A DNA stretch of 64,000 nt, from positions 518 through 64,517 of the forward strand of contig DATEJG010000126.1 of NCBI GenBank assembly GCA_035278165.1, written 5' to 3'. Below, one piece after another: positions 51,902 through 62,116 of the stretch. This DNA comes from Steroidobacteraceae bacterium (lineage in GTDB: Bacteria; Pseudomonadota; Gammaproteobacteria; Steroidobacterales; Steroidobacteraceae). The notes beneath the pieces were generated by a model, which was given only the letters and a program-made list of their open reading frames with translations, ran no database searches and was not told where the DNA came from. The position numbers and the translations under genes are program-made. The stretch's first letter is position 1, and each line of letters opens with the position of its first letter.

Positions 51902-52798
51902 ATGAAGTTCGACTTGCGCGACCTGGAGCTGTTCGTCGCCGTCGCCGACGCCGGCAGCATCGCCCGGGCGGCCGACCGCTCGCACACAGTGGCCTCTGCA
52001 GTCAGCAAGCGCATTTCCGATCTGGAAGTGGTTTTCGGCTGCGCTCTCATCGTGCGCGCCGCCAAGGGCGTCGAGCTGACGGCCGCCGGTCACGCGCTGC
52101 TGGTCCGCGCCCGTGTGCTGCTCAACCAGGCTGCGCAGCTCGACGACGAGATGCGGCGTCATGCGAGCGGGTCGCGCGGCTACGTACGGGTCTTCGCCAA
52201 CATCTCGGCGATCGTGGAATTCCTGCCGGGCGCCCTTGCCTCTTTCAACGCCGCGCATCCCGACATTCACGTGCAGCTCGAAGAGCACGTCAGCTCGGCC
52301 ATCGCTGCCGCAGTCGCCGATGGGTCGGCGGACTTCGGCATCCTGAGCGAGCTGCCGCTGATCGAAGGCCTGACGACCCTGCCGTTCCGCAACGACGAGC
52401 TCGTCGTCGTGCTGCAAGCCGGTCATCCGCTCGCACGCCGCGCAGCCGTCTTCTTTGCCGAGATCGCCGATCAGCCGTTCGTCGGCCTGCATGCCGACAG
52501 CGCCCTGCACCACGTGCTCACGCGCGCCGCGACGGAGACCGGCCGCACGTTGAACTGGCGCATCAACGTGACCAGTTTCGATGCCGCCTGCGCCATGGTC
52601 GCCGCTGGCCTCGGTGTTGGCATCGTGCCACGCGCGGCGACGACGCCGTATATCCGCTCGCTTTCGCTCGCGACCATCGCCCTGAGCGATGCGTGGGCGC
52701 GGCGGCAACTGTTCCTGTGTACGCGCAAAGACGCGCCGCTCCCGTCGGCGGCGCGACTGCTGTTCGAACACCTGCTCAACCAAAAGCAAACACCGTGA
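51902..52798 (+). CDS. LysR family transcriptional regulator
   Basis: DLRDLELFVAVADAGSIARAA, SAVSKRISDLE, LTAAG, MVAAGLGVGIVP. Confidence 0.92.
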   Translation: MKFDLRDLELFVAVADAGSIARAADRSHTVASAVSKRISDLEVVFGCALIVRAAKGVELTAAGHALLVRARVLLNQAAQLDDEMRRHASGSRGYVRVFANISAIVEFLPGALASFNAAHPDIHVQLEEHVSSAIAAAVADGSADFGILSELPLIEGLTTLPFRNDELVVVLQAGHPLARRAAVFFAEIADQPFVGLHADSALHHVLTRAATETGRTLNWRINVTSFDAACAMVAAGLGVGIVPRAATTPYIRSLSLATIALSDAWARRQLFLCTRKDAPLPSAARLLFEHLLNQKQTP

Positions 52799-53499
52799 GC
52801 TCTGAGAAAGATCCCGACGCTGCGCGCCGGCGCAGCGTTCGCAGCTTCGTGCTGCGGGCCGGACGCGCGACGGCTGGCCAGCAGCGCGCGCTCGCGCAAT
52901 TGTGGCCGAAATACGGCGTCGAATTTTCCGCCGCGCCGCTCGACCTGCAGGCACTCTTCGGACGCGACGCGACGCGCATGGTGGAGATCGGCTTCGGCGC
53001 CGGCGAAGCGCTGCTGGAATTCGCCGCCGCGCATCGCGACGTCGACTGCATCGGCATCGAGGTGCATCGCCCCGGCGTCGGACATCTGCTGCTCGGCGCG
53101 GAAGCGCAATCGCTCGGCAATCTGCGCGTGATTTGCCACGACGCCGTGGAAGTGTTGCAACAGCAGCTCGCGCCGGCGTCGATCGCACTGGTTCACATCT
53201 TCTTTCCGGATCCGTGGCCGAAGAAGCGTCATCACAAGCGCCGGCTGATTCAGCCAGCATTCGTCGAGCTGCTCGCGCGAGTGATCGCGCCCGGCGGCAC
53301 GCTGCGCCTGGCGACGGATTGGGAGCCGTACGCCGCGCACATGCGCGAGGTCATCGACGCGTCGCCCGCGTTCAGCAACGTCGCTGGCGACGCGGGTTTC
53401 GTTGCGCGATCTGCAGAACGAACGCTCACGCGTTTCGAGCGACGCGGTCAGCGTCTCGGTCATGACGTATGGGATCTCGAATATCGCAGAACGAATTGA
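52795..53499 (+). CDS. trmB: tRNA (guanine-N7)-methyltransferase
   Basis: RSFVLRAGR, VEIGFGAG, GIEVHRPG, FFPDPWPKKRHHKRRL, LATDWEPYA, TRFERRG; GTGA overlap with the LysR stop. Confidence 0.95.
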   Translation: MSSEKDPDAARRRSVRSFVLRAGRATAGQQRALAQLWPKYGVEFSAAPLDLQALFGRDATRMVEIGFGAGEALLEFAAAHRDVDCIGIEVHRPGVGHLLLGAEAQSLGNLRVICHDAVEVLQQQLAPASIALVHIFFPDPWPKKRHHKRRLIQPAFVELLARVIAPGGTLRLATDWEPYAAHMREVIDASPAFSNVAGDAGFVARSAERTLTRFERRGQRLGHDVWDLEYRRTN

Positions 53500-53640
53500 C
53501 AGCAGTGTCATCAACGCGTGCGCGCGCGACAAAGCTTGATGCTCTGCAGAAAAAATGCCTCTTGAATCCGCACGCTCACAGGACTAAAACAATTCCCGGA
53601 CAAGGAACACTTGCGATCAGTCCCACGGAGTAACGCACGC

Positions 53641-53973
53641 ATGATTTCGCCGAGTCCTGTTGTGGGTGAGTGGTATCGCCGACCCGGCGGCGCGCTGTTC
53701 GAAGTGGTGGCCATCGATCGCGACGACGCAACCGTCGAAGTGCAACACTTCGACGGCACACTGGAAGAATTCGACCTGGAATCGTGGGCCGAGCAGGAGT
53801 TCGAAGAAGCGCAGCCGCCCGAAGACTGGAGCGGCTCGGTCGACGTGGACACCGAGGACTACGAGTCCGATCGCGAAGTGAGCGCCGGCGCGGCGTGGAC
53901 CGACCCGCTCACCAGTCTCGACCGCTCGGAAGCGTCCGGCTATTCGGAGTGGCCGTCGCCGCGCGACCTGTAA
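53641..53973 (+). CDS. Small acidic DUF6763-like protein
   Basis: PVVGEWY..FEVVAID..VEVQHFDG.LEE..W..AQPPEDWSG. Confidence 0.7.
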   Translation: MISPSPVVGEWYRRPGGALFEVVAIDRDDATVEVQHFDGTLEEFDLESWAEQEFEEAQPPEDWSGSVDVDTEDYESDREVSAGAAWTDPLTSLDRSEASGYSEWPSPRDL

Positions 53974-53988
53974 GAGTTGCCGTCCCGC

Positions 53989-55347
53989 TCAGCTGCTGCT
54001 CGCGTCGCTGCGCGAGCCGGCGGTCGCAGCTGTGCCGATCGAAGCATCGACGAAGCCCGAGCGCATCATCATCCAGAACAGGACGATTGCCGGCAGCGCG
54101 AGCACCGTCGTCAGCACATAGAAATTCACGTACCCGAATGTCTCGATCAGCGCGCCCGCGCTCGTTCCGGTCAGCACCCGGCCAACGACGCTCGCCGCGG
54201 CGGAGATGAGCGCGTACTGCGCCGCCGTGTAGCGCAGATCGCAAAGCGCAGAAAAGTACGCTACGACCGTGACGCCGCCGATGCCGCTCGCCACGTTCTC
54301 GAAACCGATCGCGCCCGCGAGCGCCCAGTTCGAATGGCCCAGCGCGGCGAGCCCGGCGAAACTCAGGTTGGAAACGGCCATCAGCACGAGGCTCAGCAGC
54401 ACCGAGCGCTTCATCCCGAGGCGCGTGTACATCATCCCGCCGAGGAAGATACCGGCCAGGTAAGCCCAGAAGCCGAACCCGACGTCATACAGCGCGATCT
54501 CGTCGTTTGTGTAGTGGAGATCGTCGAACAGCAGCCGGAACGTCAGGTTCGCCAGCGTGTCGCCGATCTTGTGCAATAACACGAAGAGCAGCACGAGCAG
54601 CGCACCGCGGCGCCGAAAGAATTCGGCCAGCGGCGCAACGATCGAGTCGCCGACGGCAGCAATGCCTTTGCGCAGCGACGGATCGCGATGGCGGGAAGGC
54701 TCGCCGAGCAGCAAGCCGACCAGCATCGCCGGCAGCGCGAACGCTGCGCACACCAGGTACGCCATGTGCCAGTCGGTGCGCGCCGCGACCACCAGCGCCA
54801 ACGCCCCCGCGGTCACCGAGCCGATGCGCCATCCGTACTGGCTCATGCCCGAGCCAACCCCGAGTTGGCGCGGTTCCAGCGACTCGATGCGATAAGCGTC
54901 GATGACGATGTCGTAGGTCGCGCCGGCAACAGCAACGAGGATGGCGGCAACAGCTGTGGCGGTCAGACTCGCCTTGGGATCGACGAGGGCGAGATTGATG
55001 ATGCTGGCCGCGGACAGAACGCCTGCGACCAGCAGCCACGAGACGCGCTGCCCCAACCGGCCGATGACTGGCAAGCGCACACCGTCGACGACCCAGGCCC
55101 ACAGCCACTTCAGGTTGTAGACGAGGAAGGCCAGCGTGAATGCGGTGACCGCCCGCTTGTTGATCCCGTCTTGCGCAAGCCGCGTCGTCAGCGTCGCGGC
55201 AATGAGCGCGTACGGCGCGCCGGAAGACACTCCGAGAAACAGCGCTGCCAGCGGTGCGGCCTCCGTGTAGGGCCGCACGCTCGCAGGAACGTACGCGCGC
55301 CACCCTTGGTCCGCAGCCGGCGGCGGGACGCTGTTCGCCGTCATCAC
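53989..55347 (-). CDS. ampG: AmpG family muropeptide MFS permease
   Basis: LGVSSGAPY, YNLKWLWA, ATYDIVIDAYRIE, HKIGD, YTAAQYALIS. Confidence 0.88.
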   Translation of the reverse strand: MMTANSVPPPAADQGWRAYVPASVRPYTEAAPLAALFLGVSSGAPYALIAATLTTRLAQDGINKRAVTAFTLAFLVYNLKWLWAWVVDGVRLPVIGRLGQRVSWLLVAGVLSAASIINLALVDPKASLTATAVAAILVAVAGATYDIVIDAYRIESLEPRQLGVGSGMSQYGWRIGSVTAGALALVVAARTDWHMAYLVCAAFALPAMLVGLLLGEPSRHRDPSLRKGIAAVGDSIVAPLAEFFRRRGALLVLLFVLLHKIGDTLANLTFRLLFDDLHYTNDEIALYDVGFGFWAYLAGIFLGGMMYTRLGMKRSVLLSLVLMAVSNLSFAGLAALGHSNWALAGAIGFENVASGIGGVTVVAYFSALCDLRYTAAQYALISAAASVVGRVLTGTSAGALIETFGYVNFYVLTTVLALPAIVLFWMMMRSGFVDASIGTAATAGSRSDASSS

Positions 55348-56117
55348 GGCTTGAGGTCGTAGTCCATGACGAGCGGAGCGTGATCGGAGAACCGCCGCCT
55401 CTTATAGATGCTCGCGCGCAGCACGCTGCCGCGCAGCCCGGGACTCAGGATCTGGTAGTCGATGCGCCAGCCGACGTTCTTGGCCCACGCTTGGCCGCGA
55501 TTCGACCACCACGTGTACTGGTCGGCGCTCGGATCGATCTCGCGGAAGCCGTCGACGTAGCCGACCTCGCCGAACAGCTGGTCGAGCCAGGCGCGCTCCT
55601 CGGGCAGGAAGCCGGAGTTCTTGCGGTTCGAGCGCCAGTTGCGCAGGTCGATCTCCTTGTGCGCGATGTTCCAATCGCCGCACAGCACGAAATCGCGCCG
55701 CTTGCGCTTCAACGCGCCCAGGTAGGGCATGAACTCGTCGAGGAAGCGGAACTTCGCGCGTTGCCGATCCTCGCCGGAGGAGCCGGACGGCAGATACAGC
55801 GAGACGACCGAGAGCCGGCCGAACTGTGCCTCGAGGTAACGACCCTCGGCATCGAACTCCTTCGAGCCGTAGCCGACGACGACGTTGTCGGGTTTGCGCT
55901 TGGCGTAGATCGCAACGCCGCTGTAGCCCTTCTTCTGCGCGTCGAAGTAGTAGCAGTGATAGCCCTTCGGCCGATACAGCGCGTCGCCGAGCTGGTGCTC
56001 CTGCGCCTTGGTCTCCTGCACGCACACGACGTCGGGCTCCTGCCGGGCGATCCAGCCGAACATGCCCTTGCTGCCCGCGGAGCGGATGCCGTTGGCGTTG
56101 AGAGTGATGATGCGCAT
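55344..56117 (-). CDS. xth: Exodeoxyribonuclease III family AP endonuclease
   Basis: LNANGIRSA, VQETK, KKGYSGVA, SLYLPSG, CGDWNIAH, YTWWS, GWRIDY, FSDHAP; catalytic residues intact. Confidence 0.9.
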   Translation of the reverse strand: MRIITLNANGIRSAGSKGMFGWIARQEPDVVCVQETKAQEHQLGDALYRPKGYHCYYFDAQKKGYSGVAIYAKRKPDNVVVGYGSKEFDAEGRYLEAQFGRLSVVSLYLPSGSSGEDRQRAKFRFLDEFMPYLGALKRKRRDFVLCGDWNIAHKEIDLRNWRSNRKNSGFLPEERAWLDQLFGEVGYVDGFREIDPSADQYTWWSNRGQAWAKNVGWRIDYQILSPGLRGSVLRASIYKRRRFSDHAPLVMDYDLKP

Positions 56118-56152
56118 GCCGCCATTATAGAGAGAATGTATAGAATCCCTTC

Positions 56153-56785
56153 ATGTCCGCGTCCTTCATCGAGCTGTGCCTCGGCCTCGGCGTGCTGCGC
56201 TTCGGCGAATTCAAGCTGAAGTCCGGGCGCCTGAGCCCGTATTTCTTCAACGCTGGACTGTTCAACACCGGCCGCGCCCTCGCCGAGCTCGGGCGTCACT
56301 ACGCCGCCGCGATCGAGCAGGCCGCGTGGCCGTTCGACGTGCTGTTCGGTCCGGCCTACAAGGGCATTCCCCTGGTCGCGACTGCATCGATAGCGCTCGC
56401 GGACCGCCACGGTCGCGACGTGCCGTGGGCGTTCAATCGCAAGGAGGCGAAGGACCACGGCGAGGGCGGCAACATCGTCGGCACCCCGCTGCGCGGCCGC
56501 GTGCTGATCATCGACGACGTGATCACCGCCGGGACTGCGATTCGCGAGGCCGTCGAGATCATCACCGCGGCGGGGGCGCAGCCGGTTGGCGTCGTGCTGG
56601 CGCTCGACCGGCAGGAGCGCGGCACCGGCCAGCTCTCGGCAGTTCAGGAAGTCGAGCAGACGCTGCGGCTGCCGGTGACCAGCATCCTGAAGCTCGCCGA
56701 TCTCATCGACTACCTCGAGCGCTCCGGCAACGAGAGTCAGCTGGCAGCGACGCGGGCGTATCGCAGCCAGTACGGCGTCGCGTGA
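56153..56785 (+). CDS. pyrE: Orotate phosphoribosyltransferase
   Basis: [52 protein letters not shown]. Confidence 0.97.
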   Translation: MSASFIELCLGLGVLRFGEFKLKSGRLSPYFFNAGLFNTGRALAELGRHYAAAIEQAAWPFDVLFGPAYKGIPLVATASIALADRHGRDVPWAFNRKEAKDHGEGGNIVGTPLRGRVLIIDDVITAGTAIREAVEIITAAGAQPVGVVLALDRQERGTGQLSAVQEVEQTLRLPVTSILKLADLIDYLERSGNESQLAATRAYRSQYGVA

Positions 56786-56805
56786 TAGCGGGACTCGGCA
56801 AAAAG

Positions 56806-56833
56806 TTGACCGCCGGGGTTCCTCCGGCACAAT
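56806..56833 (+). promoter_or_regulatory. Candidate sigma-70 promoter TTGACC-N16-CACAAT
   Basis: Near-consensus hexamers directly upstream of the CDS at 56863. Confidence 0.45.
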
Positions 56834-56862
56834 ACCCGCGAATGATGGCGGCTCGAGCCCAC

Positions 56863-57516
56863 ATGCGCGGGATTCGCAGCATCGCGACGGCGATCGTCCT
56901 CGCGGCCGCCTGCTCGACCGCACCTGCCGCGCAGAATACCCAGAAGACTCCGTCACGCGAGGCCTTCTTCCGCTGCAAGGACCGTCAGGGCCAGGTTCAC
57001 TACGGCGACAGCATGCCGCAGGAATGCATCGGCCAGGACACCGAAGTGCTCAACGAGAACGGCATGCAGGTGCGGCTGATCGAAGGCGAGGCAACGCGCC
57101 TCAAACGGCTGGAGCGCGAGGCGGTCGAGGCGAAGATCCGCAAGGAACGGGATCAGCGTGACCTGCGCGACCGCACGCTCATCGAGACTTATCTCACCGT
57201 CGATGACATCGAGCGCCTGCGCGACCAGCGGCTCGAACAGCTCAACGCGCAATATCGCGTCACCGAGCAGAACATCGTCAACTTGCGGGACCGCCAGACC
57301 CGGCTGCAGACGCAGATCGCGCGGTTCAAGCCGTACAGCGACAATCCCAGCGCTCCGCCGCTCCCCGATCATCTCGCCGCGGAGATGGTCAACACCGTGA
57401 ACGGCCTGCGCGTGTACGAGCAGTCGCTGACCGCGAATCGCAAGGAACAGGCGGAGCTCAACGAGGCGTTCGCCTCGGACATCAAGCGCTTCAAGGAATT
57501 GAAGGGAATCCGCTAG
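56863..57516 (+). CDS. Exported DUF4124-like protein with coiled coil
   Basis: Signal peptide; FRCKDRQGQVHYGDSMP; DRTLIETY..DIERLRD; start may be 56842. Confidence 0.72.
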   Translation: MRGIRSIATAIVLAAACSTAPAAQNTQKTPSREAFFRCKDRQGQVHYGDSMPQECIGQDTEVLNENGMQVRLIEGEATRLKRLEREAVEAKIRKERDQRDLRDRTLIETYLTVDDIERLRDQRLEQLNAQYRVTEQNIVNLRDRQTRLQTQIARFKPYSDNPSAPPLPDHLAAEMVNTVNGLRVYEQSLTANRKEQAELNEAFASDIKRFKELKGIR

Positions 57517-58008
57517 TCAGCCGCGGCCGGAGCTGCCGAAGCCGCCGGCGCCGCGCTGCGACTGCGCGAACTCTTCGACCACTTCGAACTCCACTTGCAC
57601 GACCGGCACCACGACGAGCTGCGCGATGCGCTCGCCCGGCTGGATCGTGAATGTCGTCTGGCCGCGATTCCAGCACGAGACGAACACCTGGCCCTGGTAG
57701 TCCGAGTCGATCAGCCCGACCAGGTTGCCGAGCACGATGCCGTGCTTGTGCCCGAGACCGGAGCGCGGCAGCACGATCGCCGCGTAGCCCGCATCCTCCA
57801 GATGAATCGCGATGCCGGATGGAATGAGCTGCGTGTCGCCGGGCTTCAGCTCGAGTGGCGCGTCGATGCATGCGCGCAGATCGACGCCTGCCGAGCCTTG
57901 GGTCGCGTACTGCGGCAACGGATAGTCGCGACCGATGCGCGGATCGAGGATGCGGACTTCGAGCCGGCGTCGCGTGCCCGCCGCGGGCTGCGCGCCGTCA
58001 GCTGGCAT
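57517..58008 (-). CDS. dut: dUTP diphosphatase
   Basis: [51 protein letters not shown]. Confidence 0.97.
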   Translation of the reverse strand: MPADGAQPAAGTRRRLEVRILDPRIGRDYPLPQYATQGSAGVDLRACIDAPLELKPGDTQLIPSGIAIHLEDAGYAAIVLPRSGLGHKHGIVLGNLVGLIDSDYQGQVFVSCWNRGQTTFTIQPGERIAQLVVVPVVQVEFEVVEEFAQSQRGAGGFGSSGRG

Positions 58009-59248
58009 GGACCGGGCTCTTCGCTTTCGCGGCGACCGTGCGCACTTTGTTGCTCGCCTGATAACGCTCGGCGATGACTTCGACGAGCTGCCGCGCGAGC
58101 GCGAGCTTGCTGGTGAAGGCCAGCTCCCGCTTACCGCCACCTGGCCAATACACGGTCAGCGCATTGTCGTCCTTGTCGAACGCGAGTCCGCCGCCGACCT
58201 TGTTGGCCGCGATCATGTCCAGGCCCTTGCCGCTGAGTTTCGCGAGGGCATTGCGCTCGACATTTTCGGTCTCGGCGGCAAATCCCACGAGGAACGGCGC
58301 CGACGCGGAGCGCGCGATCGTCGCCAGCACATCGGGAGCGCGCGCCAGCGACAACGACATCGTGTCGCTCGTCTTCTTGATCTTCTCGCTCGCGACCTGG
58401 CTCGAACGATAATCGGACACCGCGGCGGCAGAGATGAAGATGTCGGCGCCGGCAGTAGTGCGTTGCACCGTCGCCAGCATTTCCTCCGCGCTTTCGACGT
58501 CGATGCGCTCGACGCCGCGCGGTGTCGGAATCTGCACCGGCCCGCTCACCAGCACGACTTCCGCGCCGGCTTCGCGCGCCGCCTGCGCAACTGCGTAACC
58601 CATCTTGCCCGAGCTGCGATTGCTGATGAACCGCACGGGGTCGATCGCCTCGCGCGTCGGTCCGGCGGTGACGACGACTTTCAGACCCTGCAGCGGACCC
58701 GCGGCCCCGCGCGTCGTAAAGATTTCTTCTGCGATCTGCGTCGGTTCCAACATGCGTCCGACGCCGACTTCGCCGCAAGCCTGCTCGCCGCTGGCCGGGC
58801 CGAGCAAGCGCACGCCGCGCTCCTTCAGAATCTGCACGTTCGCTTGAGTTGCGGCATTGGCCCACATCTCACGATTCATCGCCGGCGCCAACGTGATGCG
58901 TGCGCGCGTCGCGAGACAGATCGTCGCGAGCAGATCGTCGGCAAACCCATGCGCGAGGCGCGCCATGAATTCGGCGGTTGCCGGCGCGACGACGATTTCG
59001 TCGGCCCAGCGCGCCAGCTCGATGTGGCCCATCGCCGCTTCCGCCGCCGGGTCCCACAGATCGGTGCGCACGGCACGGCCCGACACGGCCTGGAACGTCA
59101 GCGGGGTCACGAACTGCTGCGCGCCGCGCGACATGACGACCTGCACCTCCGCGCCGTGCTCCATGAGCCGACGCACGAGGTCCGGACTCTTGTAGGCGGC
59201 GATGCCGCCGGTCACGCCGAGCAGAATCTTGCGGGGCTGCGGGCTCAT
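57998..59248 (-). CDS. coaBC: Phosphopantothenoylcysteine decarboxylase/synthase CoaBC
   Basis: [62 protein letters not shown]. Confidence 0.96.
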   Translation of the reverse strand: MSPQPRKILLGVTGGIAAYKSPDLVRRLMEHGAEVQVVMSRGAQQFVTPLTFQAVSGRAVRTDLWDPAAEAAMGHIELARWADEIVVAPATAEFMARLAHGFADDLLATICLATRARITLAPAMNREMWANAATQANVQILKERGVRLLGPASGEQACGEVGVGRMLEPTQIAEEIFTTRGAAGPLQGLKVVVTAGPTREAIDPVRFISNRSSGKMGYAVAQAAREAGAEVVLVSGPVQIPTPRGVERIDVESAEEMLATVQRTTAGADIFISAAAVSDYRSSQVASEKIKKTSDTMSLSLARAPDVLATIARSASAPFLVGFAAETENVERNALAKLSGKGLDMIAANKVGGGLAFDKDDNALTVYWPGGGKRELAFTSKLALARQLVEVIAERYQASNKVRTVAAKAKSPVHAS

Positions 59249-59438
59249 GGGCGAATTATGGGGGTGGGGTCCGGAAGCATCAAACGGACGCGGTCGCATA
59301 CAGGTATTCCGCAACCGCATGCCCCGGCGCCGCACCCCACGCATTTCGCCGCAAACACGCGGCGAATCGCGGCAGATCGCCTACTGGCAGCGGCACAATT
59401 CAACGGCCGCTATGAATCGCCGAGGTCCAGGACAACGA

Positions 59439-60113
59439 ATGTCGATACGCCAATGGCCCGAAGGCGAACGACCTAGGGAGAAGCTGCTCGAACTCGGCCC
59501 GAGCGTGCTGACCGAGGCCGAGCTATTGGCGATCCTCCTGCAGACCGGGGTACGCGGACATTCGGCTCTCGACGTGGCCCGGGAGCTGCTGGTGGAATTC
59601 GGCTCGCTGCGCAGCCTCCTGACAGCGGAACGCGTACGGCTGTGCGAAGCACGCGGTCTCGGCCCAGCCCGCTATGTGCTGCTGCAAGCCTCGCTGGAGC
59701 TGGCGCGACGCCACTACCAGGAGCTGATGACCAACGGCTCAACTTTGATCGATCCGCTCGCCGTCCGCACATTCCTGCAGATGCGGCTGCGCGACCTGCC
59801 ATACGAGGTTTTCTGCTGCCTGTGGCTGGACACGCGACATCGCGTGATCTCGTTCGACGAGCTGTTTCGGGGCACGCTCGACGGCGCGACCGTCCATGTC
59901 CGGGAAGTGGTCAAGCAGGCCCTGGCCCGCAACGCAGCGAGCGTCATCGTCGCTCATAACCACCCCTCCGGCGTGGCCGAGCCCAGCGTCGCGGACCAGA
60001 TGCTCACCGGCCGCCTGAAGGAAGCCCTGGCCCTGATGGACGTCCGGTTGCTGGACCACCTGGTGATCGGCGACGGGGTCTGCGAGTCCTTCGCCGAGCG
60101 CGGCCTGCTATAG
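59439..60113 (+). CDS. radC: RadC/YicR JAB-domain protein
   Basis: [37 protein letters not shown]...[10 protein letters not shown]. Confidence 0.93.
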   Translation: MSIRQWPEGERPREKLLELGPSVLTEAELLAILLQTGVRGHSALDVARELLVEFGSLRSLLTAERVRLCEARGLGPARYVLLQASLELARRHYQELMTNGSTLIDPLAVRTFLQMRLRDLPYEVFCCLWLDTRHRVISFDELFRGTLDGATVHVREVVKQALARNAASVIVAHNHPSGVAEPSVADQMLTGRLKEALALMDVRLLDHLVIGDGVCESFAERGLL

Positions 60114-60246
60114 GCCGGCATTGCGGTCCTTTTACAAGGCCAACTAAGGACTTACTTCCCTCCGGGCGCCGAGGCTGGTATAAAGCGCGACTCGTTTTCG
60201 GGCCCGCGGCCCTGCGCCCGCCGGGCATCCCTTGAGGATTGCAGCC

Positions 60247-60483
60247 ATGTCCAGAGTCTGTCAGATCACCGGCAAGCGGCCGATGACCGGCAACACGGTC
60301 TCCCACGCCAACAACCGCCGCCGCCGCCGCTTCCTGCCCAACCTGCACGTGCAGCGCTTCTGGCTGGAGAGCGAGCGTCGTTTCGTCAGTCTGCGCGTCT
60401 CCACGCGCGGCCTGCGCACGATCGAGAAGAAGGGCATCGAGACCGTGGTGCGCGAGCTGCGCGACCAAGGCATCGAGCTCTGA
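60247..60483 (+). CDS. rpmB: 50S ribosomal protein L28
   Basis: [33 protein letters not shown]. Confidence 0.97.
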   Translation: MSRVCQITGKRPMTGNTVSHANNRRRRRFLPNLHVQRFWLESERRFVSLRVSTRGLRTIEKKGIETVVRELRDQGIEL

Positions 60484-60502
60484 TCAGTCGAGGAGAGAAG
60501 CC

Positions 60503-60658
60503 ATGCGTGAAAAGATCAAGCTGCTGAGCTCTGCCGGCACCGGCCACTTCTACACCACGACCAAGAACAAGCGGCTCCATCCGGACAAGATGGAGGTCAA
60601 GAAATTCGACCCGAAGGCCCGCAAGCACGTCGTGTACAAGGAAGCGAAGATCAAGTGA
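60503..60658 (+). CDS. rpmG: 50S ribosomal protein L33 (absent from the supplied ORF track)
   Basis: Manual translation: [51 protein letters not shown]; GAGGAG RBS. Confidence 0.97.
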   Translation: MREKIKLLSSAGTGHFYTTTKNKRLHPDKMEVKKFDPKARKHVVYKEAKIK

Positions 60659-60661
60659 TCG

Positions 60662-60679
60662 GTCAGGCTTCAGCCTGAC
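60662..60679. repeat. REP-like palindrome GTCAGGC-TTCA-GCCTGAC
   Basis: Perfect 7-bp stem, 3 bp after the rpmG stop. Confidence 0.75.
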
Positions 60680-60683
60680 AAAT

Positions 60684-60711
60684 AAAAAGCCCGCCTGTCG
60701 GCGGGCTTTTT
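60684..60711. terminator. Bidirectional intrinsic terminator
   Basis: AAAAAGCCCGCC-TGTC-GGCGGGCTTTTT between convergent rpmG and desaturase genes. Confidence 0.9.
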
Positions 60712-60731
60712 CTTTAGGCGTCGATTCGCGC

Positions 60732-61910
60732 TCAGGCGGGCTGCATCGCGTAGCCGCGCAGCGAGGCCGCGAAATCCTGCAGCACCTTGATGCGGCTCTC
60801 TTCTGCCTGAGCAATCCAGTCCTTCAGGTGCTGCACGAGCTTTTCGTTGCTCATGTTCGCGCCGCTCCACATCTGGCGCAGACGTTCCCGGAACTCGTGC
60901 ACGGTGTGCAACGACGCGTTCGAAGCGAGCACTTCGCGCAGATGCGACTGCGCAGTCGTGTCCAGCAGCACCGGCTCGCGCACCAGGAGCTTGCGCACAC
61001 GCCGGCTCAGCTTGCTGCCCGCGATGCTCAACTCGGCACGGAACACCGGCAGCGTCACGTGGCGCGTGTAATCGCGCAGCACGTGCATGCGATTGACGAT
61101 CACGGCGCGCACTGTTTCCAGGTCGATGTGATTGCGCGGCGCGACGCGCGCCGGTGCCGGCGCGACACGGATGACCTTGGCGAGACCCAGCATCTGGAAC
61201 ATGCGGATGTAGAGCCAGCCGATGTCGAACTCCCAGCGATAGATCGAGAACTTCGCCGAGCTCGGGAAGGCGTGGTGATTGTTGTGCAGCTCCTCGCCGG
61301 CGACGAGGAAGGCCCACGGCACGATGTTGCGCGCGGCGTCCGGGCACTCGAAGTTGCGGTAGCCGTAGTAGTGGCCGATGCCGTTGATCACGCCCGCGGC
61401 CATCACGGGGTTTGCCATCATCTGCACGGCGAACACGATGATGCCGGGAATGCCGAACAACAGCAGGTCGATGAAGAACAGCAGCGTGATGCCGCCGTTG
61501 CGGTAGCGCGAATAGACGTTGCGCTCCATCCAGTCGTTGGGCGCGCCGCGACCGAACTTCTCCTGCGTCTCCGGATTGCGCGCCTGCACCTGGTACAGCT
61601 CGGCGCCTTCGAGCAGCACCTTCTTCAATCCGAAGATGACGGGGCTGTGCGGATCGTCCGGCGTCTCGCAGCGGGCGTGATGCTTGCGGTGAACCGCCAC
61701 CCATTCCTTGGTGACGATGCCCGAGGTCAGCCACAGCCAGAAGCGGAACACGTGGCGCAGCGCCGGGTGGAGATCGTGGCTGCGATGGGTGGCGTCGCGG
61801 TGCAGGTAGAGGGTGACGCCCATGAAGGTGAACTGCACCATCAGGAACGTCACGACGACGTACGACCAGAAGTTAAGGTTCAGAATTCCATAGAGAAATT
61901 CGAGGTTCAC
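60732..61910 (-). CDS. Delta-9-type acyl-lipid/acyl-CoA desaturase with C-terminal extension
   Basis: His boxes HRDATH, HRKHH, HNNHH; DDPHSP; GEELHNN; WEFDIGW. Confidence 0.9.
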   Translation of the reverse strand: MNLEFLYGILNLNFWSYVVVTFLMVQFTFMGVTLYLHRDATHRSHDLHPALRHVFRFWLWLTSGIVTKEWVAVHRKHHARCETPDDPHSPVIFGLKKVLLEGAELYQVQARNPETQEKFGRGAPNDWMERNVYSRYRNGGITLLFFIDLLLFGIPGIIVFAVQMMANPVMAAGVINGIGHYYGYRNFECPDAARNIVPWAFLVAGEELHNNHHAFPSSAKFSIYRWEFDIGWLYIRMFQMLGLAKVIRVAPAPARVAPRNHIDLETVRAVIVNRMHVLRDYTRHVTLPVFRAELSIAGSKLSRRVRKLLVREPVLLDTTAQSHLREVLASNASLHTVHEFRERLRQMWSGANMSNEKLVQHLKDWIAQAEESRIKVLQDFAASLRGYAMQPA

Positions 61911-62116
61911 TGCGGGGTACCTGCGGGCCCTGCCGGGCGACGTTTTAGATTACGGAAAATTAAGGCCGGGCGACTATAGCGGAGGCCCCCGGTGACCACA
62001 AATGAGCAAATCCCTGCTCCCCGCAACGGTCGTGACCTGCGGCCCGCGACGGTGGTGGATACTGTGATGGCGATCTCATCAGTATCAATGCGCCGCTGAC
62101 GATTCAGGTCCTCCCC

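Noticed and set aside
55344-56117. Crc (catabolite repression control) call because the gene is divergent from pyrE
   Set aside because: The nuclease catalytic motifs (N, QE, Y, GDWN, SDH) are intact, which favours an active AP endonuclease.
59439-60113. radC as a mobile-element or anti-defence marker
   Set aside because: It is the full-length form in the conserved coaBC-dut/radC-rpmB-rpmG context.
60732-61100. Desaturase C-terminal extension as a transposase remnant or separate gene
   Set aside because: It is in frame, shows no DDE or HUH motif and has no flanking inverted repeats.
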